DNA from: Candidatus Nanoarchaeia archaeon
GTDB lineage: Bacteria; Patescibacteriota; Minisyncoccia; Phycocordibacterales; DATGWK01
Assembly (NCBI GenBank): GCA_035299525.1
Contig: DATGWK010000081.1
Span: 1-33,007, forward strand
DNA length: 33,007 bases
Direction: 5' to 3'
In this document: positions 8,174 to 15,852 of the stretch, piece by piece
How positions within the stretch are numbered: position 1 is the stretch's first letter
Layout of the letters: each line of letters begins with the position of its first letter
Notes under the pieces: model-generated
Told to the model about the DNA's origin: nothing
The model's input: the letters and a program-made list of their open reading frames with translations, nothing else
Databases searched by the model: none
Position numbers and translations under genes: made by a program

Positions 8174-10108
8174 CTAGTCTCTTACTCGTTCATCTCCTGT
8201 TCGATACTCAGAATCCTGATTGAAGCGAGTACTGAGGGGTGAAACGCCAGCCCTAACCTCACTTGCGGTAAACCGGTCGCTTCCAACAACAGTTGCTGAA
8301 CCAATAAGATCTGGTGAGGTATTAGCTTGGCTTATTGTTGGCAAAAATGCAATCTGGAACGCAACATGCTTTGCCGCGGAGGTATATCCTACTCCCGCAC
8401 GGAGATCTGGAATCGTCCAAGTAACCACTCGGCTCGAACTGTCATATGTAAGCTGTTCACTGCCTGGAGTAAAGTTTCCTGTCCAACGTACATATGGAGG
8501 TAATTCGGCTTTCATGGTTGCATTTGCAACGTCATTGAATGAGTTGGCGAGATACCAGTTAACGGTGTATGTTGTTTCGCTATCAACCGTTGGTGGAATC
8601 GGACCACGATCAGTGATGGCGCCTTCAGAACGCAAAATCTTTGCTTCGGGCACAAGGTTGGTTTCAACTTTTGCGAGACCGTTTGCAGATGAGCTAATTT
8701 GCTGTGGTACACCTCCCTGTACTCGAGTACCCCGAACAGTTGCCTGCATAGAAATATCCATGTTTCGCCCGGTTCTAAGAAGTTGGTCAGTGCTTGGTAC
8801 AACTCCGACAGTGAAACTAACTGAACCGGTGTCACCGGGTTTCAAACTCTCAAGTTCTGACAATGCACCCTTGTCCCACACAATAGTATTGTCTGACGAA
8901 CGGAAGAAACCACCTCCCCCAGCAGAAACTTGATTGCGGTCCAACCCCTTTCCAACAAGTCTTACTTCAATTTCGGCATCATTAACCTCAATTGGTAGAT
9001 TGTTTGTCCAGTTAAGTGTGCCCGTGAATCGGTCACCTGTGTTTACTGGCTGTGGACCGGTTTTTCCATCAACTTGGAATGAGAGGCCGATAAACGGTTT
9101 CTTGATTGCGAGCGTTTGCTGACTTGTAATATATCCAATCGCAATCTTTCTTTCGTCGGCAGGATTAATGGTTCCGGCGATAAATCGGAATGTTCTTTCT
9201 TCTTCATTTTGACCGTCCATACGTCCTTTGATTTGAATCGTTCGCTTTTCGTTAGCATTAAGATCACCGATCTTCCACACATTCTTCTCAACCGATGCAG
9301 CGGGCGTTGCACTCAAAAAAGTAAAACCGAATGGATACTCTGCCTGGACAGCAAGATCACGAATAAGAGCGGTTGCATTTGATGCAACATCGATGGAAAT
9401 TGTGATTTCTTGGCCAGAGTTCACCTCTTGTGGCAGATTAACGGCCATAAGAAGTGGTGCGGATTTGATAGTGATGTCAAACGTCTTTTCCTTTGAGAAA
9501 AAGGCGTCCGAACCAAACGGCTTATAATCGACTCGGGTCTTAATTTCCTTTACGCTGTCTTTTTCACCAAAGAAAACAGCTTTAATCGTTTGGGTTGCTG
9601 AGCCGCCAGACTTGATCTGGCCAAGGTCTATTTGCTGTCTCGATATGTCTTTTGTTAAATCATTTGCATCACGGGTTCCTTCAGGATATTCAATATAAAG
9701 AGTTGCCGCATCGAGATTTGAACTATTGCTGTTCTTAACAACAACATCGAGTGACAGTTCTTCTCCTGCGGCTACCGCAACAAGACCCTGAACTGTAATG
9801 TCGACATTCTTTGTTGAAATAATATTAAAGCCACCAAGAATTACATATGCAGCAATAGCTGTTGCCGCCAAAAAGAAAATAACAGCAGCAATAAAGAAAT
9901 TATTTACAAAAGAATTCTTTCGAGTCATTTGTTCTGGCGTTTCCACAAACGGTGTAAGCTCATCTGTCCAACCATAGCTATTTCCCTTCTCGTGCGGCGT
10001 AAGTTCAGGTCGCTTTTTTTCGGTAATTGGGGGTGCGTCGCGAGAGTAGAGATCGCGTTCTAGGTTATCAATTCGCTCATTCTTTTCCCCACCATTGGGA
10101 CTGTTCAT
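8174..10108 (-). CDS. hypothetical membrane-anchored extracellular protein (beta-rich repeated domains)
   Basis: A charged N-terminal tail, one TM helix (FFIAAVIFFLAATAIAAYVILGG), then about 550 aa of T/S/G/V-rich beta-type sequence resembling CARDB/DUF11-like domains. Confidence 0.65.
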   Translation of the reverse strand: MNSPNGGEKNERIDNLERDLYSRDAPPITEKKRPELTPHEKGNSYGWTDELTPFVETPEQMTRKNSFVNNFFIAAVIFFLAATAIAAYVILGGFNIISTKNVDITVQGLVAVAAGEELSLDVVVKNSNSSNLDAATLYIEYPEGTRDANDLTKDISRQQIDLGQIKSGGSATQTIKAVFFGEKDSVKEIKTRVDYKPFGSDAFFSKEKTFDITIKSAPLLMAVNLPQEVNSGQEITISIDVASNATALIRDLAVQAEYPFGFTFLSATPAASVEKNVWKIGDLNANEKRTIQIKGRMDGQNEEERTFRFIAGTINPADERKIAIGYITSQQTLAIKKPFIGLSFQVDGKTGPQPVNTGDRFTGTLNWTNNLPIEVNDAEIEVRLVGKGLDRNQVSAGGGGFFRSSDNTIVWDKGALSELESLKPGDTGSVSFTVGVVPSTDQLLRTGRNMDISMQATVRGTRVQGGVPQQISSSANGLAKVETNLVPEAKILRSEGAITDRGPIPPTVDSETTYTVNWYLANSFNDVANATMKAELPPYVRWTGNFTPGSEQLTYDSSSRVVTWTIPDLRAGVGYTSAAKHVAFQIAFLPTISQANTSPDLIGSATVVGSDRFTASEVRAGVSPLSTRFNQDSEYRTGDERVRD

Positions 10109-10115
10109 TTAAAAA

Positions 10116-10124
10116 AGTATACCA
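10116..10124 (-). promoter_or_regulatory. extended -10 promoter element (TGgTATACT) 7 nt upstream of the 644-aa gene ATG
   Basis: The minus strand reads TGGTATACT-tttttaa-ATG, with no SD motif. Confidence 0.4.
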
Positions 10125-10135
10125 TGCGAGAAATA

Positions 10136-10163
10136 TTGATAAAAACCATTTTTAATTTATAAT
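10136..10163 (+). promoter_or_regulatory. near-consensus sigma70 promoter TTGATA-16-TATAAT (plus strand)
   Basis: TTGATA at 10136-10141 and TATAAT at 10158-10163, with a 16-nt spacer. It points away from the neighbouring minus-strand genes. Confidence 0.45.
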
Positions 10164-10169
10164 ATACGC

Positions 10170-10225
10170 ATTGACGAGGATAGACGCCAAGAAAGCAACC
10201 CAGGTTGGGTTGCTTTCTTTATACA
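10170..10225 (+). ncRNA. candidate short sRNA: 17-nt single-stranded 5' seed plus 12-bp hairpin with U-rich tail
   Basis: The predicted start is about 7 nt after the -10. The seed TGACGAGGATAGACGCC is at 10172-10188. The hairpin GAAAGCAACCCA/TGGGTTGCTTTC (10191-10217) is followed by TTTATACATTCTTT. Confidence 0.35.
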
Positions 10226-10294
10226 TTCTTTAGAAATTTTTGAGTCGATCTCTTATATTCTCTTAACGTGACAGGATTTGACCAATCTTGTCGT

Positions 10295-10364
10295 GGGTCC
10301 ACTAGTGGCCTAGGTGTCTATCCTCGTCAGCTAGGCAACACGGGTTCGATTCCCGTTGGATCCA
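10295..10364 (+). ncRNA. tRNA-like element, non-canonical cloverleaf (G3-U70 acceptor, canonical T-arm, degenerate D/anticodon arms)
   Basis: The acceptor stem GGGTCCA/TGGATCC has a G-U at position 3:70. The T-arm is ACGGG-TTCGATT-CCCGT. The D-arm is reduced to CTAG-TGGC-CTAG. A 7-bp anticodon-like stem with one mismatch closes the loop CTCGTCA. The variable loop is 3 nt and no CCA is encoded. Confidence 0.45.
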
Positions 10365-10367
10365 GTA

Positions 10368-10967
10368 CTAAAGCCCAGTGGCCTGAAGTGAATCATTTAT
10401 GACCCGTACTGCCTCCTTACGAACTGGAGCAAGGCTCATAACTAGCTCCACATCCCAATCGATACTCATATAGAACGGCTTTAATGTCTCCGTTTCTGGA
10501 ATATACCCAAGAATATGTAAAATTCTAAGAATTAAAATCGCTTCGAAGTTTCTGATTTGATCTGGAATATCAGTTGAAATACCAGTATCAAGAAAATCTA
10601 AACCATCATTTACAATCTGAAACAATTCCTGATTTGGATCTTCGCCAGCAAGAAGCTTTTTGATGAGATACAGCGTTTGCGCACAGAGTTTCTGCTTCTC
10701 GGGATCATTTCGGAATGTTGCGAAGTAGCTTTTTTCTGGAACAGCGCTAATGAGTCGCCACTTATTCTTTCCTCGAACAAGAGAGACCGTCGACCGGGCT
10801 GGTGCATCGATTGCATATCTAATTTTCGACTTCATACTTCGAGTACCCTGGGCATGCGCCCCGACAAGCCCAAGATCTCGGGTGAATACATAGACAAAAT
10901 CACTCGTCTCACCCGCAGCAATCTTGTCGAGGATGAGACCTGTTGTGTTGTAGACGTGATGAGACAT
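10368..10967 (-). CDS. recO: DNA repair protein RecO (short form)
   Basis: N-terminal OB-fold pattern typical of RecO (GLILDKIAAGETSDFVYVFTRDLGLVGAHAQGTRSMKSK...LVRGKNKWRL). Confidence 0.75.
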   Translation of the reverse strand: MSHHVYNTTGLILDKIAAGETSDFVYVFTRDLGLVGAHAQGTRSMKSKIRYAIDAPARSTVSLVRGKNKWRLISAVPEKSYFATFRNDPEKQKLCAQTLYLIKKLLAGEDPNQELFQIVNDGLDFLDTGISTDIPDQIRNFEAILILRILHILGYIPETETLKPFYMSIDWDVELVMSLAPVRKEAVRVINDSLQATGL

Positions 10968-11572
10968 TACAAGTTAAGAATCTTCAGAACTCTTTCTCCA
11001 TCATTTTCTGACTTTGTAACCTCAACAGTTTGGAATCCAAATTTCTTTGCTTCAGATTCTAACCACGAGTTAAACAGTGCGGCCCATTTAACCTCTTTTT
11101 CTTTTACATCATCTGAATAGGTATGCGCATCATCCCAGAGCCCTCGAGAAAAAATCACCTTTCTTATTCGGTCTACGTCGTGATCCACAAGAAAGATAGG
11201 GCGAACATATTCAACAGCAGGAAAATCTCGAGCAACCAAATGAGGTAAAACGGCCACGCCCTCAACAACAATAGATTCGCCCCCTTCTTCAGACCGATCT
11301 ACTATCTTTTTTATTTCAGTCCACACAACCTCCCCTTCCTCTCTTTCAATGTCTACAATCTCCTGTGGTGAAAATTTATTAAGAAATTCTTCTGCAGAAT
11401 ACTGAACCGCCTTGAATAATGCAGGATTTTTTTCTGAATCTGTTTTCTCTCTCATTTGCTCTCGAACATCATCAGTTGAGATGCACGGCACGCCCAACTT
11501 CTTAGAAAGAAGTTTTGCTATCGTTGATTTTCCAGTTGTTGGAGCGCCGCCAATAAGAATGACCCTCTTCAT
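10967..11572 (-). CDS. P-loop kinase, 2-phosphoglycerate-kinase-like
   Basis: ILIGGAPTTGKSTIAKLLSKKLGVPCISTDDVREQMR matches the 2PGK-type Walker A plus the STD..RE motif. It is translationally coupled to ileS and recO through overlapping stop/start codons. Confidence 0.65.
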   Translation of the reverse strand: MKRVILIGGAPTTGKSTIAKLLSKKLGVPCISTDDVREQMREKTDSEKNPALFKAVQYSAEEFLNKFSPQEIVDIEREEGEVVWTEIKKIVDRSEEGGESIVVEGVAVLPHLVARDFPAVEYVRPIFLVDHDVDRIRKVIFSRGLWDDAHTYSDDVKEKEVKWAALFNSWLESEAKKFGFQTVEVTKSENDGERVLKILNL

Positions 11573-14500
11573 TAGTTTAATGCAACCTTGAATGTAAGAC
11601 TCTCAACTTTTACTTCTTCCCAGTCCCGCAAAGCTTCGCCAGAAGCGGAGTGTGGACCTTCTGCCTCACCAAATGAAACACGTGAGATATGTGCGACTTT
11701 CTTGAGCTGGTCTTCATATTTCCTTACGAATGATTCGCCATCGCTATTGGTAGAAAGTGTAAGCGTTGCCAATTCACCAGGTTTAAGGGCGGTTTTCTTT
11801 CGCATGTCCTGAATAAATCGTGAAAGTTCTCGGAAGTTACCCTCTTCTCTAAGAGCGTCAGTAATATCGGTGTCGAGTACAACTTCCCCAACAATTTCTG
11901 AATCAAACAAAACCTCTTTTACGTTAACTTCATCGAGGATAAGTTCGATACATTCTTTTTTATTCTGTAGTGATGAAGATTTTACAAAAAGTTTAGAAAG
12001 TGGCTGACGAACCTTAATTCCCGCTTTTGCTCGGGCCTCAAGTGCGAGACTTACCACTCGTCGTGTTTCTACCATATCAGAGAGAAGCATCACATTATCA
12101 ACTGACGTTACAAGTGTTACCGGCCATTCATCGAGATGCACACTTTCCTTTTTACCACCAACGGTCTTGTATACCTCCTCTGCAACGAACGGTGTAAACG
12201 GTGCCATAAGTTTTGAAGTTTCAAGAAGAATCATTCGGAATGTTGAAAGCGCTTCCTTTCGTTCTGTTTCATCTTCACTCTTGAGTCGTTCTCGAGATCG
12301 TCGAAGATACCAAACAGAAACATCTTCAATAAACCCATCAATTGAGTTGAGAGCCTTGTTGAGTTCGTACGCCTCCATTGAAGTTGTTACTTCCGCAATC
12401 ACCACATTGAGCCGCTCAATGATCCATCGATCAAGAATATTTTTTGATTCGACTGTTGCTACTTCTCCCTCCTCTTTCTTGTAGGTTTCGTAGAAAGAAA
12501 CAACGTTCTTCAATCGCAAGATAATTTTCTTGTGAACTTCATCAACCCCCTTCTCTGAAAAATTAAGATCTTCTGATTTTAAAAGCGGTGAAGACATGAG
12601 GTAAAAACGAAGTGCATCGACTCCAAATTTATCGAAAATGAGTGCAGGGTCTGGGAAGTTACCCTTTGACTTTGACATCTTCGCCCCATCTTCAGCGAGC
12701 ACGGTACCTGTGGTTAAGACGTTCTTGAACGGTACCTTACCGAAGAGCATGACTGAAACCGCATGCATGTAGTAAAACCATGTTCGAGTCTGAGCGATAT
12801 ATTCAGAAACAAAATCTGCTGGATAATTCGCCTCGAATTTCTTCTTGTTCTCAAACGGGTAATGATTCTGTGCAAATGGCATTGCACCAGATTCAAACCA
12901 ACCGTCGATAACCTCACTTACACGCTTAACATGACCACCACATTTGCAAACATACGTAATTTCATCGATATATGGTCGATGAAAATCAAGCTCATAATCT
13001 TTGTCATGAGGAATTGGAGTGAATGCAAGGTCTCGCCACTCTCCAGTAGTCAGCTTCGTTTTTGAAATAAATTCCCTAATGAGATCCTTTCTATTGATAC
13101 CCCTTGAACCCGCTTCCAGGAAGAACGCAACGTCACCGTGAGTCACGATCAAGATTTTCTTTCCGTAATGCTTCCTTTCTAGGCCATACAGGAACTTCAT
13201 TGACCGTCGATGCACATCCATGAGCGTTTCCCCACCTTCTGACGCAGTATCAAAGCGCGACTCGGGTGAGTCAAAAGACGCGCGGTATTCTGTCCACGTT
13301 CTACCATTAAAAATTCCAGCGTTAAGTTCTGTGATTTCTGTTGATGTAAAAATGTTTTCTGACGAAACACCTATTTCCCTCGCCACGAGTTGTGCAGTTT
13401 CTTTTGCACGTTCAAGATCAGATGAATAAATAATGTCGATCTTCTCTTTCTTGAGTTTATGGGCGGATGCAAGAACCTGAGCCTTACCCACTTCAGTAAG
13501 TGTGTTCTTTGGATCTGGTTTGCAACTTACGGTGTCGTTAAGATTGTGCTGAGATTCACCATGTCGCATTACGACATACTTGTTGACTGCAGGAACTCGA
13601 TCTGTGATTTCTTTGAGTGAACCGAAACATTCCGTCTTCTCACATTTTTCACAGCGCCAAAATGGCAACGGTGATGCCCAGTATCGATTACGAGAAATGT
13701 TCCAGTCTGGCGCAGCTTCAACGCTGTTACCAAAACGACCATGTTTCAAATGCTCAGGAATCCAGTTGATGTCTTCGTTGAGTTTGAGAATTTCTTTCTT
13801 TACCGCCTGAATCTTGATAAACCACGATGGCAATGCGAAATACAAAAGCGGAGTTTCGCAGCGATGACAGTGCGGATATGAATGAACGATTTTTTCTTTA
13901 CCAAAAAGGAGTCCGCGGGCAGCAAGATTTTTTACGATCAGCACGTCAGACGATTGATGATCTTCTTTTGGCTTTGCCTTGAGACCAGCAAAATCAGTAA
14001 CATCAGCAATAAACTTTCCGTCTTGGCCAACGTGTCGAACAAACGGAATCTCATTCTTCTTTGCGAGATCCATGTCCTCTTCCCCATATGCCGGAGCGAG
14101 GTGCACGATACCCGAACCAGTATCTGCAGTTACATACGGAGCAGCGTAGACCTTCCAAGCATTTTCCCAGCCCCGCGAAGCTTCGTTAGAAACGAAGTGG
14201 GGCCCAGTTAAGTTTTTGTTCAAGAAATAATCAAACGGTGGTTTGTATTTCTTCCCTACCAAATCCTTACCTTTGATTTCCTCTACGATTTCAAATTCTT
14301 CTTTAAACAGAGATGTTTTATTTTTTCCAACAATAAAATACTCGTCTTTTACCTTTGCAATAACGTAATCGAGTTCTTCATTCACTGCAACGCCGGTGTT
14401 ACCAGGAAGCGTCCAAGGAGTTGTTGTCCAAACGATTAGGTAATGATTCGGCTCATTTTCGATAGCGAGTTTTACATACACAGAAATGTCAGAAATATCT

Positions 14501-15147
14501 TTGTATGAATTATCCATCGCGACTTCAGCATTTGAGATCGGAGTTTCGCAGCGCGGACAATACAAAAGAACCTTTGTTCCTTCGTAAATAAGTTTCTTAT
14601 CCCACATTTCCTTCATCGCCCACCATACGGACTCAATGAAGGTGTTATCCATGGTCATATACGCACCGTCATAATCTACCCAACGGCCAATTCGTTCGAT
14701 GGTGTGTTTCCACTCATGAGCATACTGCAGCACCTTGCTTCGTGCGTATTCGTTAAATGTATCGACACCAATTGCTTCGATCTCTTTCTTTCCGTTTACC
14801 TTGAGATCTTTTTCAACGATGTTTTCGATTGGTAAGCCGTGACAGTCCCAACCCCAACGTCGTTCAACATGATGTCCACGCATCGTTTGATAACGTGGTA
14901 CGGCATCTTTGATCGTACTGATTAAAATATGACCATAGTGCGGCAAGCCTGTCGCAAATGGTGGACCGTCGTAGAAAACGTAATTCCCAGCAGGAGACTC
15001 TTTCTTGAGACTTTTTTCAAATATATTATTGTCACGCCAGAATTTCAGTACTTTCTCTTCAGCCTGTGCGGTCGCGGACTTTCCCTGCCTCGCCGTAGCT
15101 TCAGCGGAGGTATGTTTGTTTTTATTTTCTTTATGGATATCAGCCAT
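11572..15147 (-). CDS. ileS: isoleucyl-tRNA synthetase (type 2) with an inserted histidine-phosphatase domain
   Basis: HYGH and KMSKS motifs, a CP1 editing domain (WTTTPWTLPGN), and the NISRNRYW and DFHRPYID...WFESG motifs. At 1191 aa it is unusually long because of an insertion of about 200 aa. Confidence 0.95.
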   Translation of the reverse strand: MADIHKENKNKHTSAEATARQGKSATAQAEEKVLKFWRDNNIFEKSLKKESPAGNYVFYDGPPFATGLPHYGHILISTIKDAVPRYQTMRGHHVERRWGWDCHGLPIENIVEKDLKVNGKKEIEAIGVDTFNEYARSKVLQYAHEWKHTIERIGRWVDYDGAYMTMDNTFIESVWWAMKEMWDKKLIYEGTKVLLYCPRCETPISNAEVAMDNSYKDISDISVYVKLAIENEPNHYLIVWTTTPWTLPGNTGVAVNEELDYVIAKVKDEYFIVGKNKTSLFKEEFEIVEEIKGKDLVGKKYKPPFDYFLNKNLTGPHFVSNEASRGWENAWKVYAAPYVTADTGSGIVHLAPAYGEEDMDLAKKNEIPFVRHVGQDGKFIADVTDFAGLKAKPKEDHQSSDVLIVKNLAARGLLFGKEKIVHSYPHCHRCETPLLYFALPSWFIKIQAVKKEILKLNEDINWIPEHLKHGRFGNSVEAAPDWNISRNRYWASPLPFWRCEKCEKTECFGSLKEITDRVPAVNKYVVMRHGESQHNLNDTVSCKPDPKNTLTEVGKAQVLASAHKLKKEKIDIIYSSDLERAKETAQLVAREIGVSSENIFTSTEITELNAGIFNGRTWTEYRASFDSPESRFDTASEGGETLMDVHRRSMKFLYGLERKHYGKKILIVTHGDVAFFLEAGSRGINRKDLIREFISKTKLTTGEWRDLAFTPIPHDKDYELDFHRPYIDEITYVCKCGGHVKRVSEVIDGWFESGAMPFAQNHYPFENKKKFEANYPADFVSEYIAQTRTWFYYMHAVSVMLFGKVPFKNVLTTGTVLAEDGAKMSKSKGNFPDPALIFDKFGVDALRFYLMSSPLLKSEDLNFSEKGVDEVHKKIILRLKNVVSFYETYKKEEGEVATVESKNILDRWIIERLNVVIAEVTTSMEAYELNKALNSIDGFIEDVSVWYLRRSRERLKSEDETERKEALSTFRMILLETSKLMAPFTPFVAEEVYKTVGGKKESVHLDEWPVTLVTSVDNVMLLSDMVETRRVVSLALEARAKAGIKVRQPLSKLFVKSSSLQNKKECIELILDEVNVKEVLFDSEIVGEVVLDTDITDALREEGNFRELSRFIQDMRKKTALKPGELATLTLSTNSDGESFVRKYEDQLKKVAHISRVSFGEAEGPHSASGEALRDWEEVKVESLTFKVALN

Positions 15148-15156
15148 ATTGGTGAA

Positions 15157-15185
15157 ATACTAGCCTTTTTTACTCTTTTGAGCAA
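15157..15185 (-). promoter_or_regulatory. possible ileS promoter TTGCTC-17-TAGTAT, 9 nt from the ATG
   Basis: The minus-strand hexamers lie directly after the terminator T-run. The resulting leader would be very short and has no SD. Confidence 0.3.
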
Positions 15186-15226
15186 AAGAAAAGGCCCCCG
15201 CTAGGCGCCATGGCATAGCGGGGGCC
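15181..15226 (-). terminator. strong intrinsic terminator (11-bp GC stem plus TTTTCTTTT) 34 nt upstream of ileS
   Basis: The minus strand reads GGCCCCCGCTA-12 nt-TAGCGGGGGCC followed by TTTTCTTTT. Confidence 0.7.
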
Positions 15227-15327
15227 GAAGGGTTGCAGATTGTGCCGCCGGTCAGTCGACACATCTGCGGTTAGTCATACGTGAATATAGATCACCCTCC
15301 TTTTTGTACCGGAAGGAACGTCACACT
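15186..15327 (-). ncRNA. GC-rich structured RNA (ileS leader/attenuator or independent sRNA)
   Basis: It is bounded by the TTGACT-16-TATAGT promoter and the terminator. It has at least four hairpins, including CCTTCC/GGAGGG and GCAGATGTG/CACAATCTGC. No ORF longer than 8 codons is present. Confidence 0.4.
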
Positions 15328-15330
15328 AAA

Positions 15331-15358
15331 ACTATACGCCGATAGTAATTGCAGTCAA
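15331..15358 (-). promoter_or_regulatory. sigma70-like promoter TTGACT-16-TATAGT
   Basis: On the minus strand the -35 is at 15353-15358 and the -10 at 15331-15336. It lies just after the NUDIX stop codon. Confidence 0.5.
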
Positions 15359-15365
15359 GATTCGT

Positions 15366-15842
15366 CTAAAATGACAAGGCATCATTTATGACATACGAGG
15401 TAACGGTGTTGCCATCAGATGTATAGACAAATTCTGCTTTAAATTTCTCTTGACTGATTATTTTTGGAAACAAATATTTAAAATCTGACCATGCAGGAAG
15501 CTCAAGTACCTCGTTAGGATCAAACCACTGTGGTTTCATTTCCTCCGTTTCGATCGGTTCACCACTCCAATTCCTTACAATGTAAATATGGACATACATA
15601 CCCCAGCTTGGATCTGGATTTCGATATGAGACCTCTCCAATTTTCACCAAATCTCTTGGATCAACACCAACACCGATCTCTTCTTTTACCTCACGAACCG
15701 CAGTAATCTCGGGAGTTTCTCCAGACTGAACCTTTCCACCAGAACCATTCCACTTACCGACGCCGAATCCTCGCTTCTTCATCGCCAGGAGTATGTGACC
15801 GTTTGAGTTGATGAGATAGCAGTTGGTGGCGATTTTTTGCAT
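15366..15842 (-). CDS. NUDIX hydrolase (MutT-like)
   Basis: Nudix box GGKVQSGETPEITAVREVKEEIGV. I chose the ATG at 15842 (MQKIATN...) to avoid overlap with the argS 3' end. Confidence 0.85.
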   Translation of the reverse strand: MQKIATNCYLINSNGHILLAMKKRGFGVGKWNGSGGKVQSGETPEITAVREVKEEIGVGVDPRDLVKIGEVSYRNPDPSWGMYVHIYIVRNWSGEPIETEEMKPQWFDPNEVLELPAWSDFKYLFPKIISQEKFKAEFVYTSDGNTVTSYVINDALSF

Positions 15843-15852
15843 ATTGTTTTTG

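Noticed and set aside
8220-8933. Long antisense ORFs from the ORF track, for example 8220-8933 (+), 245-529 (+), 27726-28124 (+), 31896-32417 (+) and 10677-11120 (+).
   Set aside because: They lie entirely opposite well-supported genes and have low-complexity or odd composition with no recognisable domains. They are shadow ORFs.
10295-10364. tmRNA (one-piece or circularly permuted), suggested by the G3-U70 acceptor, the T-arm and the reduced D-arm.
   Set aside because: Both acceptor strands lie within 70 nt. No tag reading frame or pseudoknots are evident in the 125 nt upstream. The strand order does not match either the standard or the permuted tmRNA topology.
10274-10364. An alternative 91-nt class II (long variable arm) tRNA using GGATTTG as the 5' acceptor strand.
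   Set aside because: The acceptor stem would need three consecutive G-U pairs. No D-arm with GG and no 7-nt anticodon loop with U33 can be drawn.
15275-15295. A mini-ORF, GTG ATC TAT ATT CAC GTA TGA (MIYIHV), as an Ile-codon leader peptide for ileS attenuation.
   Set aside because: The GTG directly abuts the GGAGG-like motif with zero spacing. Only two Ile codons are present, and there is no obvious coupling to the terminator. It is most likely coincidental.
15309-15318. The plus-strand CCGGAAGGAA resembles the SRP (4.5S) RNA domain IV GGAA tetraloop region.
   Set aside because: The flanks lack the conserved AGG/AGCA symmetric-loop residues. The 5' and 3' sides do not pair into helix 8. The promoter and terminator orientation indicates minus-strand transcription.
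15148-15365. A T-box riboswitch upstream of ileS.
   Set aside because: I found no match to the T-box consensus (AA..GGGUGGUACCGCG). There is no UGGN bulge overlapping the 5' strand of the terminator and no recognisable specifier loop or K-turn. The region is kept only as a generic candidate leader or sRNA.
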